From: Perkinsus olseni
Lineage: Eukaryota
Length of the DNA stretch: 64,000 bases
NCBI GenBank assembly: GCA_013115125.1
Contig: JABANN010000045.1
Coordinates: 1-64,000 of the forward strand
Reading direction: 5' to 3'
A program made the position numbers and the translations under genes. The notes under the pieces are model-generated. The model worked only from the letters and a program-made list of their open reading frames with translations. It did not search any database and was not told the origin of the DNA. Each line of letters starts with the position of its first letter. The stretch's first letter is position 1. This document shows positions 24,746 through 37,082 of the stretch, piece after piece.

Positions 24746-25484
24746 ATACGTGGAAGAATCATTCTACGAACCCGTTCACGGGCGACAAAGTTATCGCACT
24801 GTTCTACGGGGTTGTTTAAGTGGCTCCTTGTGATCTACTTGCAAGTTTATGTCGTTGGATAAGCTACTCTTGAAGGATTGGTCGTTGCTGTGTTAGTTAA
24901 TTAAGCCTGTCAATAGTATAGACGTTCGTCCCTGCGGTACCACCGGAGTGGTAGGCTTTCTGTTTGATGAAGATGATGGAATTGTGCAGGGTGAATTAAC
25001 TGACGTTGAAGCCAGGTTAGAAATAGTTGAAAATTTAGGCTCAGATTGGGTAAGTCGACGACCTCAAACTTGAGGCGATAGCGAGTCGCTGTCAGCGACG
25101 GTTGTTGGCCCATCGCTGCTGGGCTCATTACTACAGAGTTAATGAGTCATTAGCTATCAATGCCCGCACAAAATACATGCGCGTGTTTGCCAGGGATTAT
25201 TTCATTCATTCTTCGAGCTCATAGACGTGATCGGGCCCTCTCAAAAAAGTTGAACCCATTGCAATAGACGACAGGGCATCGATGGTCCTATGGACTCACA
25301 CCAACTCGAATTCCTTGCGTGGCGGGTCTTCGGAGCGGAAATAGCGACTGTGCGCGTCAATGGGACAGGACTGTGCGGGCAATGAGAACAGCCGGTGCGA
25401 AGGCTCATGCTCAAGAACCGCCGAGTGGTAGTCGTTTGATGCAAGATACTTCACCAAGCGGTGCGTAGGTCTTTTTTCTTCTCA

Positions 25485-26951
25485 ATGAAGTGCATGTGTG
25501 CGCTTCTATCTGTTGCGGCTTCTCTGTTGGGGCCACTCATGTTCGGTCTCACTATGGGTTTCACCGGTCAGACTATCGACACCATGCAGAATAACGTAAC
25601 TACTCTCGATGGTACACCTATTGAAATTGGTCCCGATGATAACTTGTACGTATTTGTTACTCCAACGGAAGCCTCTTTGTATGGTTCCCTGGTCAACCTC
25701 GGCGCCATGGGTGGTGCTATCCTGTTAGGTGGTCCTCTTATTGAGAAGTTCGGCAGGAAGTGGGTTCTTCTTGCATGCTCACCTTGTTTCCTCCTGATCT
25801 ACGTGTGGCAGGCTTTGGCTCACACCTCGTGGCAGTTGTTGTTTGCCCGTGTCCTAGTTGGGTTCGTCGTCGGCGTTGAATCCGTCGTCGTTCCCACCTA
25901 CATCGGTGAGGTTTCCCCTACGGCTATTCGTGGAGCCCTGGGAGCCTGCAATCAGCTTTCCATCACCATTGGTATCCTCCTTGCCTACGCACTTGGACTA
26001 GCATTCAGAACGGATGCCGGTTCTACCGATCCCAGCGTTACTGAGAGCACCTTTTGCAACTGGAGAAGCGTCAGCTGGACCTACTTGATCCCTTCCACTT
26101 TGTTGGGTATCTGCGTTCTCTTTGTCCCCGAGTCCCCCAGGTGGCTTGCCCAGCATAGCAAGGTTGAGCATGCTACACGGGTTTTGCTGAGGCTTCATGG
26201 CTCAAAGTCTGCGGCCCAAGACCCTGAAATCATGGAAGAGATGAAGGCTTATAAGGAAACGGCAGAACGTGGCTCAGAGGTGACCTGTCGCAGTTGGCAG
26301 GGTCGTGTTAGTCGGGCTTTACACGCTCTTGGCGAGTGCAAGACGCAGTTGGCAATCGTTATCATGGTGCAAGTTCTGCAGCAGCTCTCCGGCAACAACG
26401 CCTTCATCTTCTACCAGACGACTATCTTCCAGGCGGCTGACATCGACAGCAAGGATGCGATGGCCCTAGCGGTTATGGCTGTTATGGTTGGTGTGACTCT
26501 AATCGGCTGTGTGGTTATAGACAGGCTTGGTAGGAGAGTGCTCCTTGTAACTAGTGCTGGAGGTATGTGCATAGCAGCTGTTCTCCTCGGTACATTCTTT
26601 TTCCTGGACGATGTCGACCATAACAACGTCAGCTGGTTGGCCATCTTCTCCGCCTTCTTGTACATTGGATCCTTCTCTATCGGTGTTGGTGCCATTCCAT
26701 GGCTGATTATAGCAGAGATTGCCCCCAACGAAGTGAGGGGACTGTGCGCGTCCATTGCAATAGCCGTCAACTGGTTCTGTTCTTGGATTGTCACAATGTT
26801 CTTAGATGACTACAGAGCGGCGATGACGTACCAGGGAGTCTTCTGGAGTTTCGCTGTTGTCTCCTTAATGACCATCATCTTCGTGTTGCTCTTCATACCC
26901 GAGACCAAGAATAAATCTTTTGAAGAGATTCAATCACACTTCCACTCATGA
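25485..26951 (+). CDS. MFS sugar porter (hexose transporter), copy 6, intronless, divergent C-terminal half
   Basis: ORF from MKCMCA; QQLSGNNAFIFY, DRLGRR, PETKN; short C-terminal tail. Confidence 0.95.
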   Translation: MKCMCALLSVAASLLGPLMFGLTMGFTGQTIDTMQNNVTTLDGTPIEIGPDDNLYVFVTPTEASLYGSLVNLGAMGGAILLGGPLIEKFGRKWVLLACSPCFLLIYVWQALAHTSWQLLFARVLVGFVVGVESVVVPTYIGEVSPTAIRGALGACNQLSITIGILLAYALGLAFRTDAGSTDPSVTESTFCNWRSVSWTYLIPSTLLGICVLFVPESPRWLAQHSKVEHATRVLLRLHGSKSAAQDPEIMEEMKAYKETAERGSEVTCRSWQGRVSRALHALGECKTQLAIVIMVQVLQQLSGNNAFIFYQTTIFQAADIDSKDAMALAVMAVMVGVTLIGCVVIDRLGRRVLLVTSAGGMCIAAVLLGTFFFLDDVDHNNVSWLAIFSAFLYIGSFSIGVGAIPWLIIAEIAPNEVRGLCASIAIAVNWFCSWIVTMFLDDYRAAMTYQGVFWSFAVVSLMTIIFVLLFIPETKNKSFEEIQSHFHS

Positions 26952-27427
26952 TCACAGACCAAAGAACGATCCTCTTGCAAGTGTACTGGGACTCAGCGAA
27001 TTCATCGCAGCTCAATTTCTTCCGCCCATCACGGTAAGATTTCCCTACGGAGATGTGGATCGAAGAGCTTTCAATATTCAGTGGCATCTCTCCAACTAAC
27101 CGACCAACGGTGCAGGTTTAGTCCTACGTTTTGATTCAAGTTACGATTGACCCTCATTCGCCAACTTTGTGTGCGCGTGAACTTGTTTTGTGTTATCGAA
27201 AGTTTGGTAGTTCGAGTGTGCTCCTGCAACCGTCATCAGCAGTACATGGGTGCATTCCACGAGCTGTCCGTATACTGAGCGTTCAGGGAGCTCACACGGC
27301 TAGTAAGCTTGACATATGTCTATGCCTCATTCTAGGTGCGCCACTGGTTTGTGACGTGTCAAGCTCCTCAAACTCCCACTATACCATTCAGAAACTTATT
27401 CGGCGGATGGCCCATCCGGGATGGGGT

Positions 27428-27613
27428 CAATTTGCTGATGTCTCAACAACAACAACTCGCTAATGTGATGATATCATCCTCGACCCCCATATAGGCTACG
27501 GCAACGGCAACCCTATCCGCCAATTTGCTGATGTCTCAACAACAACAACTCGCTAATGTGATGATATCATCCTCGACCCCCATATAGGCTACGGCAACGG
27601 CAACCCTATCCGC
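27428..27613. repeat. Exact 93-bp tandem duplication (2 units)
   Basis: caatttgctgatgtctcaacaac...ggcaaccctatccgc at 27428-27520 and 27521-27613, followed by another caa. Confidence 0.95.
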
Positions 27614-27869
27614 CAAGAAGGCTTCTGAATGGTATAGTCAGAGAGGGAGAGTTAGATTCAAAGTTAGGCGAATCATCAGGGATTACCGTTGGGGACTGGA
27701 TGACCCCCGATTACTAATGAAAATCGGTGGCTATCAGAAACGCATCACATACAGCACAACACAATCATGCAGCCTTCGACATTGCCTGCTCTTTCTCTCT
27801 CAGCAGCGCCACTAGCTGGTCGGCCCTTTGCTTATACTGATAGGACGAGTCTCGATACTACCTAGTCGT

Positions 27870-28900
27870 CATACACCTACGATCTTCTCAATCTTTGCTG
27901 CCTCGGTTTTCTCCATCTCCGTCGAAGGCATCATTCGGCGATTCTCCCTGGGCGAAAAAAGGCTCATAGATTCCTACTTTAACCCAGAGCGTGTTACTCC
28001 AGCATGCTCCCTTTGATAGAATTGACATTCCTCTGGTACTTCTTCAGGATACCTTTGCAACGGTTGAGGCACTCATTACGGACCTCCCGCGTAACCTTCG
28101 GCAGTACAACGCTAATCTACAATCGAGTCTATGACAGATTCAGAACTTCCCCTGCCTGAGATTGCCTTATTCCCATCTTTGTTCACCGTCCAGTTCTTCC
28201 CCCTCAGCTGAATAGCCTTCTGGCACCTGTACAAGTCTGCCTCGTCGAAACTACCGACAGGGTGTTCTACGCTCCTGCCAAGCCGTCGTCAAAAACAGAG
28301 AAGTTGACCGTCGTGGCATTGACGATGCTCATCTGTGATACGCTCAACAACGGCTTCTCCGCCACCTGATCTTCGGGCTCATCATCTCATCCACTCCTCG
28401 CGACCCTACTGTGATGCTCCTGAAGAGCTCAGGAGACGCCTGCTCGACCTGCACTTCTTGCAAAGCGGACTTCATCTCTTTCACTTCTTCATCGAGAGCT
28501 TGAGTTTGCTGAGGCCTCCACAGTTTCATCGAGCCTTTGCAGTCTAACTGTACCTCTTTCAGCATATTGGCATGCTCCATCTTCTGATCTAACCGTTGCT
28601 GTCGGCGCTCGGCCGGGGTCAGTGAGCCCACTGAGACCATCACGCTGCAGACCACGGAGAGTGCCATCCAATATCACCGCTTTTGGTGTCCTCCAAAGAC
28701 AGGAATTTATCAGCTTCTCTTCGGTCACGCAAATCCTGATCGGCGTACTCCGGCAGCGAGATCCGATGGCCTGCCTACCTTCTTTCTCTGAGCACTCTGT
28801 TGCTTCTCTTCCTTCGTCTTCTGCTTGGGAGGACTCTTCTTAGCGAAGCCTCGAGCCCCGAAACGGTCAGTTACCGAAACTGTCGGCTCTGCCAGTAGAC
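27870..28900 (-). CDS. Hypothetical multi-exon coiled-coil protein
   Basis: Charged heptad-like blocks (LTPAERRQQRLDQKMEHANMLKE; ALDEEVKEMKSALQEVQVEQ) separated by intron-like segments. Boundaries uncertain. Confidence 0.35.
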
Positions 28901-29374
28901 TCGGAGCTCCAAACTGAGACCGGCAGAGTGAGCCACAAGACCGAGCGGCCGTTGAATACTCGCAACAGGCCGTGCCTGAGGAGGCTGCTGTGCCTCTCGG
29001 TAGAATGTCTAAAAGCCGCCAGCGAACGCCGGGTGACGAACATGTGCGGAGAAGTTAAGAAGGATTCTTTAAGACGAGATCATTGCGGAAGGAACACTCT
29101 ATCTCCTCGGACCGAGAACTCGACTCGCCAAGCCCTGAAATTTCCGCTTCCGGGCTGCTACTGTGAGACGGGAGAACCGCACGATGGTACGACTACAGAG
29201 CCCGTAAGCCGCGTCAGCAGAGCCGTACAGGACCGTGACGTGCCCGTTTATCCAGGCAAGACCGGTCGACACGTCCCATCAGCCTCTACGCCGAGGAAAA
29301 CGACCTAAAGCCGGAAAGAAAGGCCTCGGCCGATTTCTACTAGGGATTGGGAGATCGCTCAACTTGAGCCATCT

Positions 29375-29789
29375 TCATTCAGCGATCGCTCTTGTGATGA
29401 CTTCGGAGACAGATAGCTGCCCCCCAGGCGGCAACTTCCTCAAATGATGCCATACCAAACAGAAGGCGATGAGCAGATACCCGATATACATAACTGCCAC
29501 GACGACCAGGAAGAACAGTCCTACTAGTGTCAACGTGAGCCGACACGCACCTATCTGTGCGAATGGGTTGTGTGACACGAGACCCACTAGGGTGTCGCAC
29601 AGTCCCCAGCCGCCCACCCAGAAAAAGAATATCGCGAATTGCAACTGAGGAGAGAGCCACCTTCTCCTTCGCAAATGTCGAAAGCCCTACAGCGAGTGAA
29701 GAGCCAGCTAAGCCATCATTCCTCAGCGGAGTATTCTCCAATTCGCTGCCGACTCCACCCATTTCTACGTCAATCGGATGCGAGGGCAC
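29375..29789 (-). CDS. Small hypothetical membrane protein (spliced)
   Basis: MPSHPIDVEMGGVGSELENTPL... joined across frames to a TM segment VGLFFLVVVAVMYIGYLLIAFCLVW..RAIAE*. Confidence 0.45.
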
Positions 29790-30220
29790 TTACTGCTTCA
29801 AAAACTTGCAACAAGGATCAGATGGGCCTGGCAGCTAGCAGGTGCCTTCGACTCTGATGCGCTCTTAAATCGGCTCTGGCCCACCACCGTCAGATTACTT
29901 CCTGGTCAATCCCATCAGCGCGCAGGAGAATTCCAGCACGATTGTGAGTAACTTCATAATAACAAAACGACGAAAAGTTGAAACATTTCTATTACAAATC
30001 ATTCAAGAGGTTGAAAAGATCCCCTTCTGTTGGGCGACGGAGGGAGGAGGTAAACTCAAGTATCACCTGGCACCTTCGCAGCTAGCCCAGAGTAGCTAGC
30101 CTTCCTGAAAACAGCCATAGATAGCAAGCCGTTGACTACCGAAACACGCGGGTTCGAATCCCAGACATAGCATCTACTGCAATCTAGTGATAGACGCATT
30201 CGTTTTTACTCCCGTCGTTA

Positions 30221-31888
30221 TTATAATAGACTCCGCGTCCGTGAAGAGAGCTGTTCCCCGTGGTTCTCCGCACTACACGCAGATCGGCCATCGCGACGTT
30301 CATCAATCGGCACCACCGTCTGGTTGGGCTCAGGACCACAGTACCTTACACGCACAGGAGGGAGCCTCCGCGAATCGGTTACAGTGCGAGAAAGTTGACT
30401 CCCGCGATTGGCTCTCAAAAAGCATAGCGCAGCGCCAAAGCAAAGCCCTACTTTGAGGTTGGCCGGATAAGTTTATTATTAGCCCTTTGCTCTACAATAT
30501 GGGCCGTCCATCCTGTTATTCTAGAAAACACAAAGAGTGGCGTGAAGAGAGGCGTTGGTACCTGTGGGCAAGTGCGCAGATAGGCCGTACCGCGCCCCCT
30601 ACCCCGCAGTAGTGATATGCCGATGCACTGTAAAAGTCGGCGTTGGGATACATCCCCTTCTCGCTCATCATCACCTCCTCTACCCGCTTCGATATGTTGA
30701 ACAACAGCGTGGTTCGACCCGGCTTTTGAGACAGCGCTCGAGAACACTCCTCCATTATTGGTGAGCGAGGGTCCCCGGCCTTGTATCTTGCAGGATAGGG
30801 GCTATGCCACTCAGCCCGGAGCCAAGGCCTACATTCTGTGGCCGAAACCCATCACCAACTTCTTCTGCGAGAACATTTCGTGTAGCTTTCTCTCAGCATC
30901 GTCAGGGTTCTCGAATGTCGATAGCAGCTCCATTGTGGCCTCGTTAGCCCCACCATGCAAGGGACCCCGAAGCGTACCTGAAACTTGCCCTATATTGTCA
31001 ACGGCCGTTGGGCATCCACTCACCAATGGCGGTGGTAAAGGCCGAGTACGCATCGCTTAGTGTTGCAGTGGTGACTCTAGCAGCGAAGGTAGAGGCATTG
31101 TAGTCATGCTCAGCATAGCAGATGAAGGACTTGTCGAGCGTGCCTGCCCAGCGGTGGATAACTCAGCCTCGCACCAGCAACCCGTACGTATCATGTCTCG
31201 ATCAGGGGATGAGTCGTACCCCGACTGATGGAGTAGTCGGAGGAAGTGGGCCGCCATGGTCTCTCGAGGATCGCGCTTGCTCGTGGACACATCGATCCTC
31301 CTCCCATAGTGCGAGAAGTGGAACCAATGTCTACAACCACTGCAGCTCCTTCCTCTGACTGCAGTAGAGACTTACAGAACCGCACAGGGTAGCACGGCCA
31401 TGAGCCTCTCAGCGACATCAACTGCTGTGTCGTCATGGACCCTCACATCGGGGTCCTCTGGCTCCGGTTCGAGGCAGCCAATCAGTGAAACGGACACTCG
31501 CAAGACCTTGCACGAATAACGACCTATCGCAAGGCGTAGAGGCTAGACGGCCTACGTCCATCGGATGGGTATCTTTCGGTAGCATCTCGAGCATGGTCTT
31601 CATGTTGGAGCTGAGTTTCCTAGCAGTCCCTTGCCGCAGCAGGTAAGCGTCGAGTTCACGTCGAGTGGGTAGAGTGCCTCTCAGTAGCAGATACCTATCA
31701 TGGGGTGCCTTGGCCGAGGGAAGCGCCGCCATCACCTACGCGACTTCTTCGAAGGTCTCTGTCTTATCGGTTAAGTCTTTCACGTTGTAACCGCGGTAAT
31801 TGAGACCACTACCGAGGCCGACGGTGCAGATCGCCGAGACGCCGGCCACTACACCGGCCAAGCCATCGGGCTGAACTCCGGATGACAT
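30221..31888 (-). CDS. prpC: 2-methylcitrate synthase / citrate synthase (PrpC-type), multi-exon
   Basis: [134 protein letters not shown]. Confidence 0.9.
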
Positions 31889-32393
31889 AGGGGAGGATCA
31901 ACGCGCTTGAGAAAGCAAGGGAATTGAGCCGCATTTTCAAAGCCACGAGCATGTGTACGCAAACGTGAGCGACCCGGGAAGTCCGACAGGTGGTTGAGAG
32001 CTCTTAACGGAGCCGGTGCCTTAGGCATCACCCGAGGGCTGGGACCAGTAGTACTAGAATTGGATCACTTGAAATGCTTCAACCTGCGCTCCGTACCAGC
32101 GATTTCCTTCGCGTTAAAACGGCAAAATTACGGACAATCTACCACGCGCATAATCGTTAAAGCGTAAAGAGATCGCATCATCAGTTAAGGCTTTCCATGA
32201 ATTAAGGATGAAGGAACCTCGCCAGAAGCTACCAAGCCACAACGAGCTGATACGAAGGAACGATGATTGTGAAGTGATTCCCTTCATCGTCCGCTGACTC
32301 GATACACTTACCCTCAGACGGACGAGGCTAACGAAGTGAGCACAGAGAGGTCGGACCTGGACCGCCACCAGAAGCCCTCCTCATCTGAGAACG

Positions 32394-35300
32394 ATGAGGA
32401 TGATGCATACGTCGTGGGTAAAAGGGCCTACTGCTGTTGAGGATCCAAGCGACTTGGCGTCAGTGAGCCCTCCTCGAATATCGAGTGACGACCACCCGGC
32501 CAAATCCTCTTCATCCATCGTCAATGGAAGTAAGAAGCCTCAGAGCTGTAAGAGGCCATCCAACCCTGCCAAGGTACACTAGCAGGCCCTTTGACACCGT
32601 TGGCTCGCCTTCTATGGCGGGGTGTCTTCGAACCTGTCATGACCTCCCGTTGGAGACGACTGATATCAGTCTTATTCATCGTAGCGAAGAGTCGGCTAAC
32701 GGCCTGTACTTGAGGCTGTCGCTTAGGCCGTGTGCCTGGCGCCGTACACCCCTATGATACGATATAAAGGCTTCATAATGGACGACTCAGTAGCGATAGT
32801 GAGTGCACCACAACGAGGTAGTCAGCCTGTCCACAGCGACCTCGGTAGGTGCGCAATCTTAACGTGGTTGGGGAGTCGGTCAGCTGGTCCGAACTCAACA
32901 GCAGAGATTTCTGGGGCCTCAACATGTTCGATGGCGGCTGGACTCACAAATCCTTCCGCCCTATCACCACCATCACGTAGTCACTTGCCAGCTTCGCTCC
33001 GCTAGAAAGGCCTCCCTACGGCAGTTACCGGTGGAACTACCTCCTGCATGGCCTGGACTCGTCGGGCTTTCACGTCGCCAACTTCCTCCTCCACGCTGCT
33101 GTCAGCTTCTTGATGGTAGACTATCAAAAATCCTACACAAACCGTTGAGCACTCATCCAGATTCCGCTATGTACCATCGTATTGGGAGCTCCTCGGCTGT
33201 TGGCCGTCATCGGGGCAGCCTTGTTCGCATGCCATCCGGTGCATACCGAAAATTTGCTGTAACGTGCGGTGGTCCTGAAATCGGTCCAGTGGGGCTGAGC
33301 TAGGTACCTAGTGTGCCGCGCGGACATCCTGGCTGCACTCTTCTCGATAATCTCAATCGTCCTCTATATCTCGGCAGCTGGCCACAACAATAAGGTAGAT
33401 ACCTCCGTCCAGAGGTTTCTGAGGAGCCTGTGGATGTTCAGGCTGACTCGGGCCTTTCCAGGAACGAGGAGGGCCCCCACTGGGTGCTAATGATGTCTGG
33501 TTGTCTCCTTGCGTGTCTTCTCGCCGTGGCGGGAGGGCTATCGAAGGAGGCCGGTTTCACAGTACGCAAGTCGTCTGTATCGCCAATCCGATGCCATCGG
33601 ACTCAGGTCCTACCCATCCTCGTAGGGATTGAGATTTTGCACTTGTGGCGGTCCCTCAGAGATGGGAAGCCTGCGAGCTACTCGCGGGCTACCCAAAGGA
33701 TCGCCATGGTAGACACTTCCCTCGTTCAGTGCTGATCGATGACTTAATCTAGGTCTGCTTTGTGACCATCGCCTGCTTGCTCTGGCGCTATTCTCATACT
33801 CGCGGTGAGGGAGGGGTTGCGGCCTCTATGCGTGCTTTTGGTGGGGCATAGGTACGGACGTTAACATGTCCCCTCAAGACAACCCGGTGCAGTTCGAGAC
33901 TGATAGACTAACCAGGATGCTCACGTGAGGGTTGTTAGACCCTTCCCTGCATAACGAGCCCTTGGAAGATACGCTTTCCTTCACGGCCAATACTTGAAGC
34001 TCCTCATTCTCCCCATGTATTTGTGCTACGACTACTCCCTCAATGCCATCCCAATGCTACGGACCTTCCAAGATTGCAGATTGCTGCTTCCACTAGCCTC
34101 ATACGTGAGCTGCGACCCGGCGCAAGACGCCGCTAGTTGTCTGTGCCACCAGTTACTCATAGCATGCTTGTTGGCGGTTGGACTGAGGCTGCTCACCACT
34201 GTTGGCCTCGAGCGCAGCCATCAATGCTCACGAGAGCGGGGCAAGAACAGTTTGGTCGGCCTCGCGGTGCTGATAGTCACCTGGGTAGTCCTAAGACGAG
34301 TATCGCCACAGTGGAGACGGTCCCTTTGTGCAGTTCCCGGCCTCGAACGTCATGTTCCCCGTTGGCACTGTTATCGGAGAGCGCCTGCTGTATATCCCTT
34401 CCATTGGCTTCATCATGCTGGTCGTAACGTTGCTAGAGTCCTGCGCGAGTCGGCGCAGCGGACTCCTCGACCCGGTCAGCCAACACCGACCATCTCGCCG
34501 GCAGTCCAGTAGACCACCGAGCGGTGTCCTCAGGGTATCTCCCCGAGCGCGTCATTCCGCGGATACTCGTCAAAAAGTCATGTATCGTTAGGGCTCAAAG
34601 CTGGAGCAGGTACGGCCGCTTGGGCGGGCCTTCCGAACAAATCTCTGCTTACCGCTGTGGTAACCTCCACTACTTCGCCAACATGAGTCTTATGGCATTC
34701 CGACGTCACTGTTGCAGGAGGGGTATTTTCAGCAAATCCCAACGCCACAAGGAGCCAAAAGACCTCGCGCAGCAATGGACGAAGGATCGCCAACCGCAGA
34801 GTTTCGATTCTTCCAAGTCCGGGCATCGTGGTACACCTGGGCCGGTGCTGCCAGGCAGGAGCCTTCCGTCTCACTGCTAGGTGTCCCTCGGCTTCGCCGT
34901 CTTCATCCTCATCCCTGTGTTCTCTACCCGAACCTTCTTGCGCGTGCTCGACTGGAGTGATCCAGATGTGAGTCCGCAAGTTCATGCTCGGAGCTGCAGG
35001 TGTGATGACAGGTCCTTTTCGTTGTGGACGGCGTGAGACAGCCGGCGTCGGCTAAAACTCAAGTGAGGTCTCTTCCACTGCCGCTCCTGCCGTCTAGGGA
35101 ATTCTGTGTTAATTTACTTGAAACCTCGGTCGAGTATGATTGGCCTTCCTGGTTGGAGGGCTCGTTCGTCATCAGTTCAACTTGGGTATTACGTACATGC
35201 AGCAGCAGAAGTGGGACGAGGCCGTCGGTGCGCTGGTCCGCTGTGCTCTAGCTGACCCGATGAGCGGCCTGCCGTAGTACCTATTTCTATTCGGCCAGCA

Positions 35301-36072
35301 GCCTGAATCAGGAGGCCACAGGTACTGGCGTATCGGCCAAATCGAGATACTGCGTGGTAACTTCCCTGTAGCTGAACAGTGGTTGATGGAAGCCACCACT
35401 AAGTTTGGGGCGAGCCTCATGGTGAAGGATGAGGAGATCTTCCACGACGCCGCTGTCGCCCTATATCAGAATGGTCGTCGCTCTGCACCGGTTCGAGTCG
35501 CAATCACGGGGTAACTTCAGGCAAGGTCGATATGGCTGTGGAGTATCTTCATATGGCCCTCACTATGAATCCGGACTTTCCGAAAGGACTCAACAATCTA
35601 GCGTGCGCGACGCTGGGAATTGAGTATTCGCAGGGCGAGGAACGCGGGCGATACGGTAAGCCGCGGGGTCGCGAGGTGGTGACGTGTTCGTTATCCTCAA
35701 GTGCAGATGCTGTCGATCGAGCCGCGCATTACGTGAGTCAAGCCATACAGCTCAGTGAGGCGTCTTCGATACAGAACCCGCTTTACTGGCAGAACATGCT
35801 CTTTTTCGCCAAGTACAGTCAGTGGGCCGCCCGCTTGTACCATCGACGAACGCCGAGTTTTCTTGGCGACAGGTTGGCTAACAATATGAAACTGGCCAAG
35901 TCCGCTGAGCGCAAACTTTCCGAGATCATACCTGACATCACCCCGAACGATCTATCGAAGTCTTCAGCCGACTGTAGGTCGTAGGCGGCCGCCTTCTGGG
36001 TCTGATAGTCTACAGTGCATTGTCATGTCACAATCCAATTCAGGCACGTGGGAGTTCGTTCCTGCAGCTTGA
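32394..36072 (+). CDS. TMTC: TMTC-family protein O-mannosyltransferase (GT-C membrane domain, DUF1736, TPR), multi-exon
   Basis: Motifs GFIMDDSVAI, DFWG..THKSFRPIT, GFHVANFLLH, LFACHPVHTE, RADIL, SKEAGFT, DNP, LCYDYS..IP, FPASN..VGTVIGERLLYIPSIGF, then TPR-like repeats (MNPDFPKGLNNLA). Start and end approximate. Confidence 0.88.
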
Positions 36073-36850
36073 TAATACATGACTCATGACGGCGGTGTGT
36101 ATGGATGTGCAATCAGTCTCCATATCCACTTGACCACCTGTTGAGCTCCTGTGTTGGTTGGGGTCCGTACGTACTGCCGCTGCATCCAAGATCTGCAACG
36201 TTATCGCAAGATAGTCACCTCATGCCCAACTCCGCTCCACAGCTCTTCCGGAATCGGACTTGCGGAGGCATGGGTGCATCGGGCTCCGACATTTTTGATC
36301 ATCGATACTGCATGATGTACCGTATGGCCGAGTGGATGGGGTTGGTCGAGAGGGGCCCGTGTCCTCGAGCTAACAGGAGGAACAGTCGAACGCCTATGAG
36401 CTCTGAAGAAGCCTACGCGTTCCTTGGGAAAGTGGGAGCATCTGAGGAATCCTCAGCTGCGATGAGGGCCGCCGAGCAGCATGGATCTTACGAAGGCAGC
36501 GCCGAGGCGCCATTGGATACTTGTTCAAAGAACGTTCCCGAGGTCGCGGAAAGTCGAGACCAACCTGATCCTGGCGACGGGGACATGCCCAACAGTTCGA
36601 GTTGATAGGTGAGCAATAGGGACTTGCCGTGTCGTAGAGTTTCTAAGCACTTTCAGGGCAACGACACATAGTGCTCACTGCAACGTTCATAACGCCGAAG
36701 GTCATGTCATTTCATGCGGAAAAGTTACCTCCTAGAGGTTAGATGAACTCTGTTGTGCGGACTTGGTGACCAACAATCATTGCGACTGTGTTTATGCTCT
36801 GTACCAGGAACGAGAGTTGTTGCGTCAGTGACAAGTGCATGGTACAGAGA

Positions 36851-36923
36851 TGGAGAACCCGGGCATCGATCCCGGTGCCTCTCGCTTGCTAAGCGAGCGC
36901 TCTACCATTTGAGCTAGTCCCCC
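36851..36923 (-). tRNA. trnA-AGC: tRNA-Ala (AGC)
   Basis: Reverse complement GGGGGACTAGCTCAAATGGTAGAGCGCTCGCTTAGCAAGCGAGAGGCACCGGGATCGATGCCCGGGTTCTCCA folds as a cloverleaf; anticodon arm CTCGC-TTAGCAA-GCGAG. Confidence 0.96.
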
Positions 36924-37082
36924 ATGGTTTTGGACTCTTTGAGCGAGGCTTAACCGCTCCGTTTCTTCAAAAGCGTGGAAGCCTCACAACTTGCCAATCG
37001 CAAGTGCGTGACGTTAACATCTCGACGCTAACAAATCGTCATCGTATCTCGTAATGGCGACTCTTTGGTTGGATAGAATCCC

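Noticed and set aside
30168-30182. gcgggttcgaatccc T-loop-like motif
   Set aside because: I could not build an acceptor stem, D-arm or anticodon arm around it.
36105-36605. 166-aa + strand ORF after TMTC
   Set aside because: No recognisable motif; I cannot distinguish a real small gene from a chance ORF.
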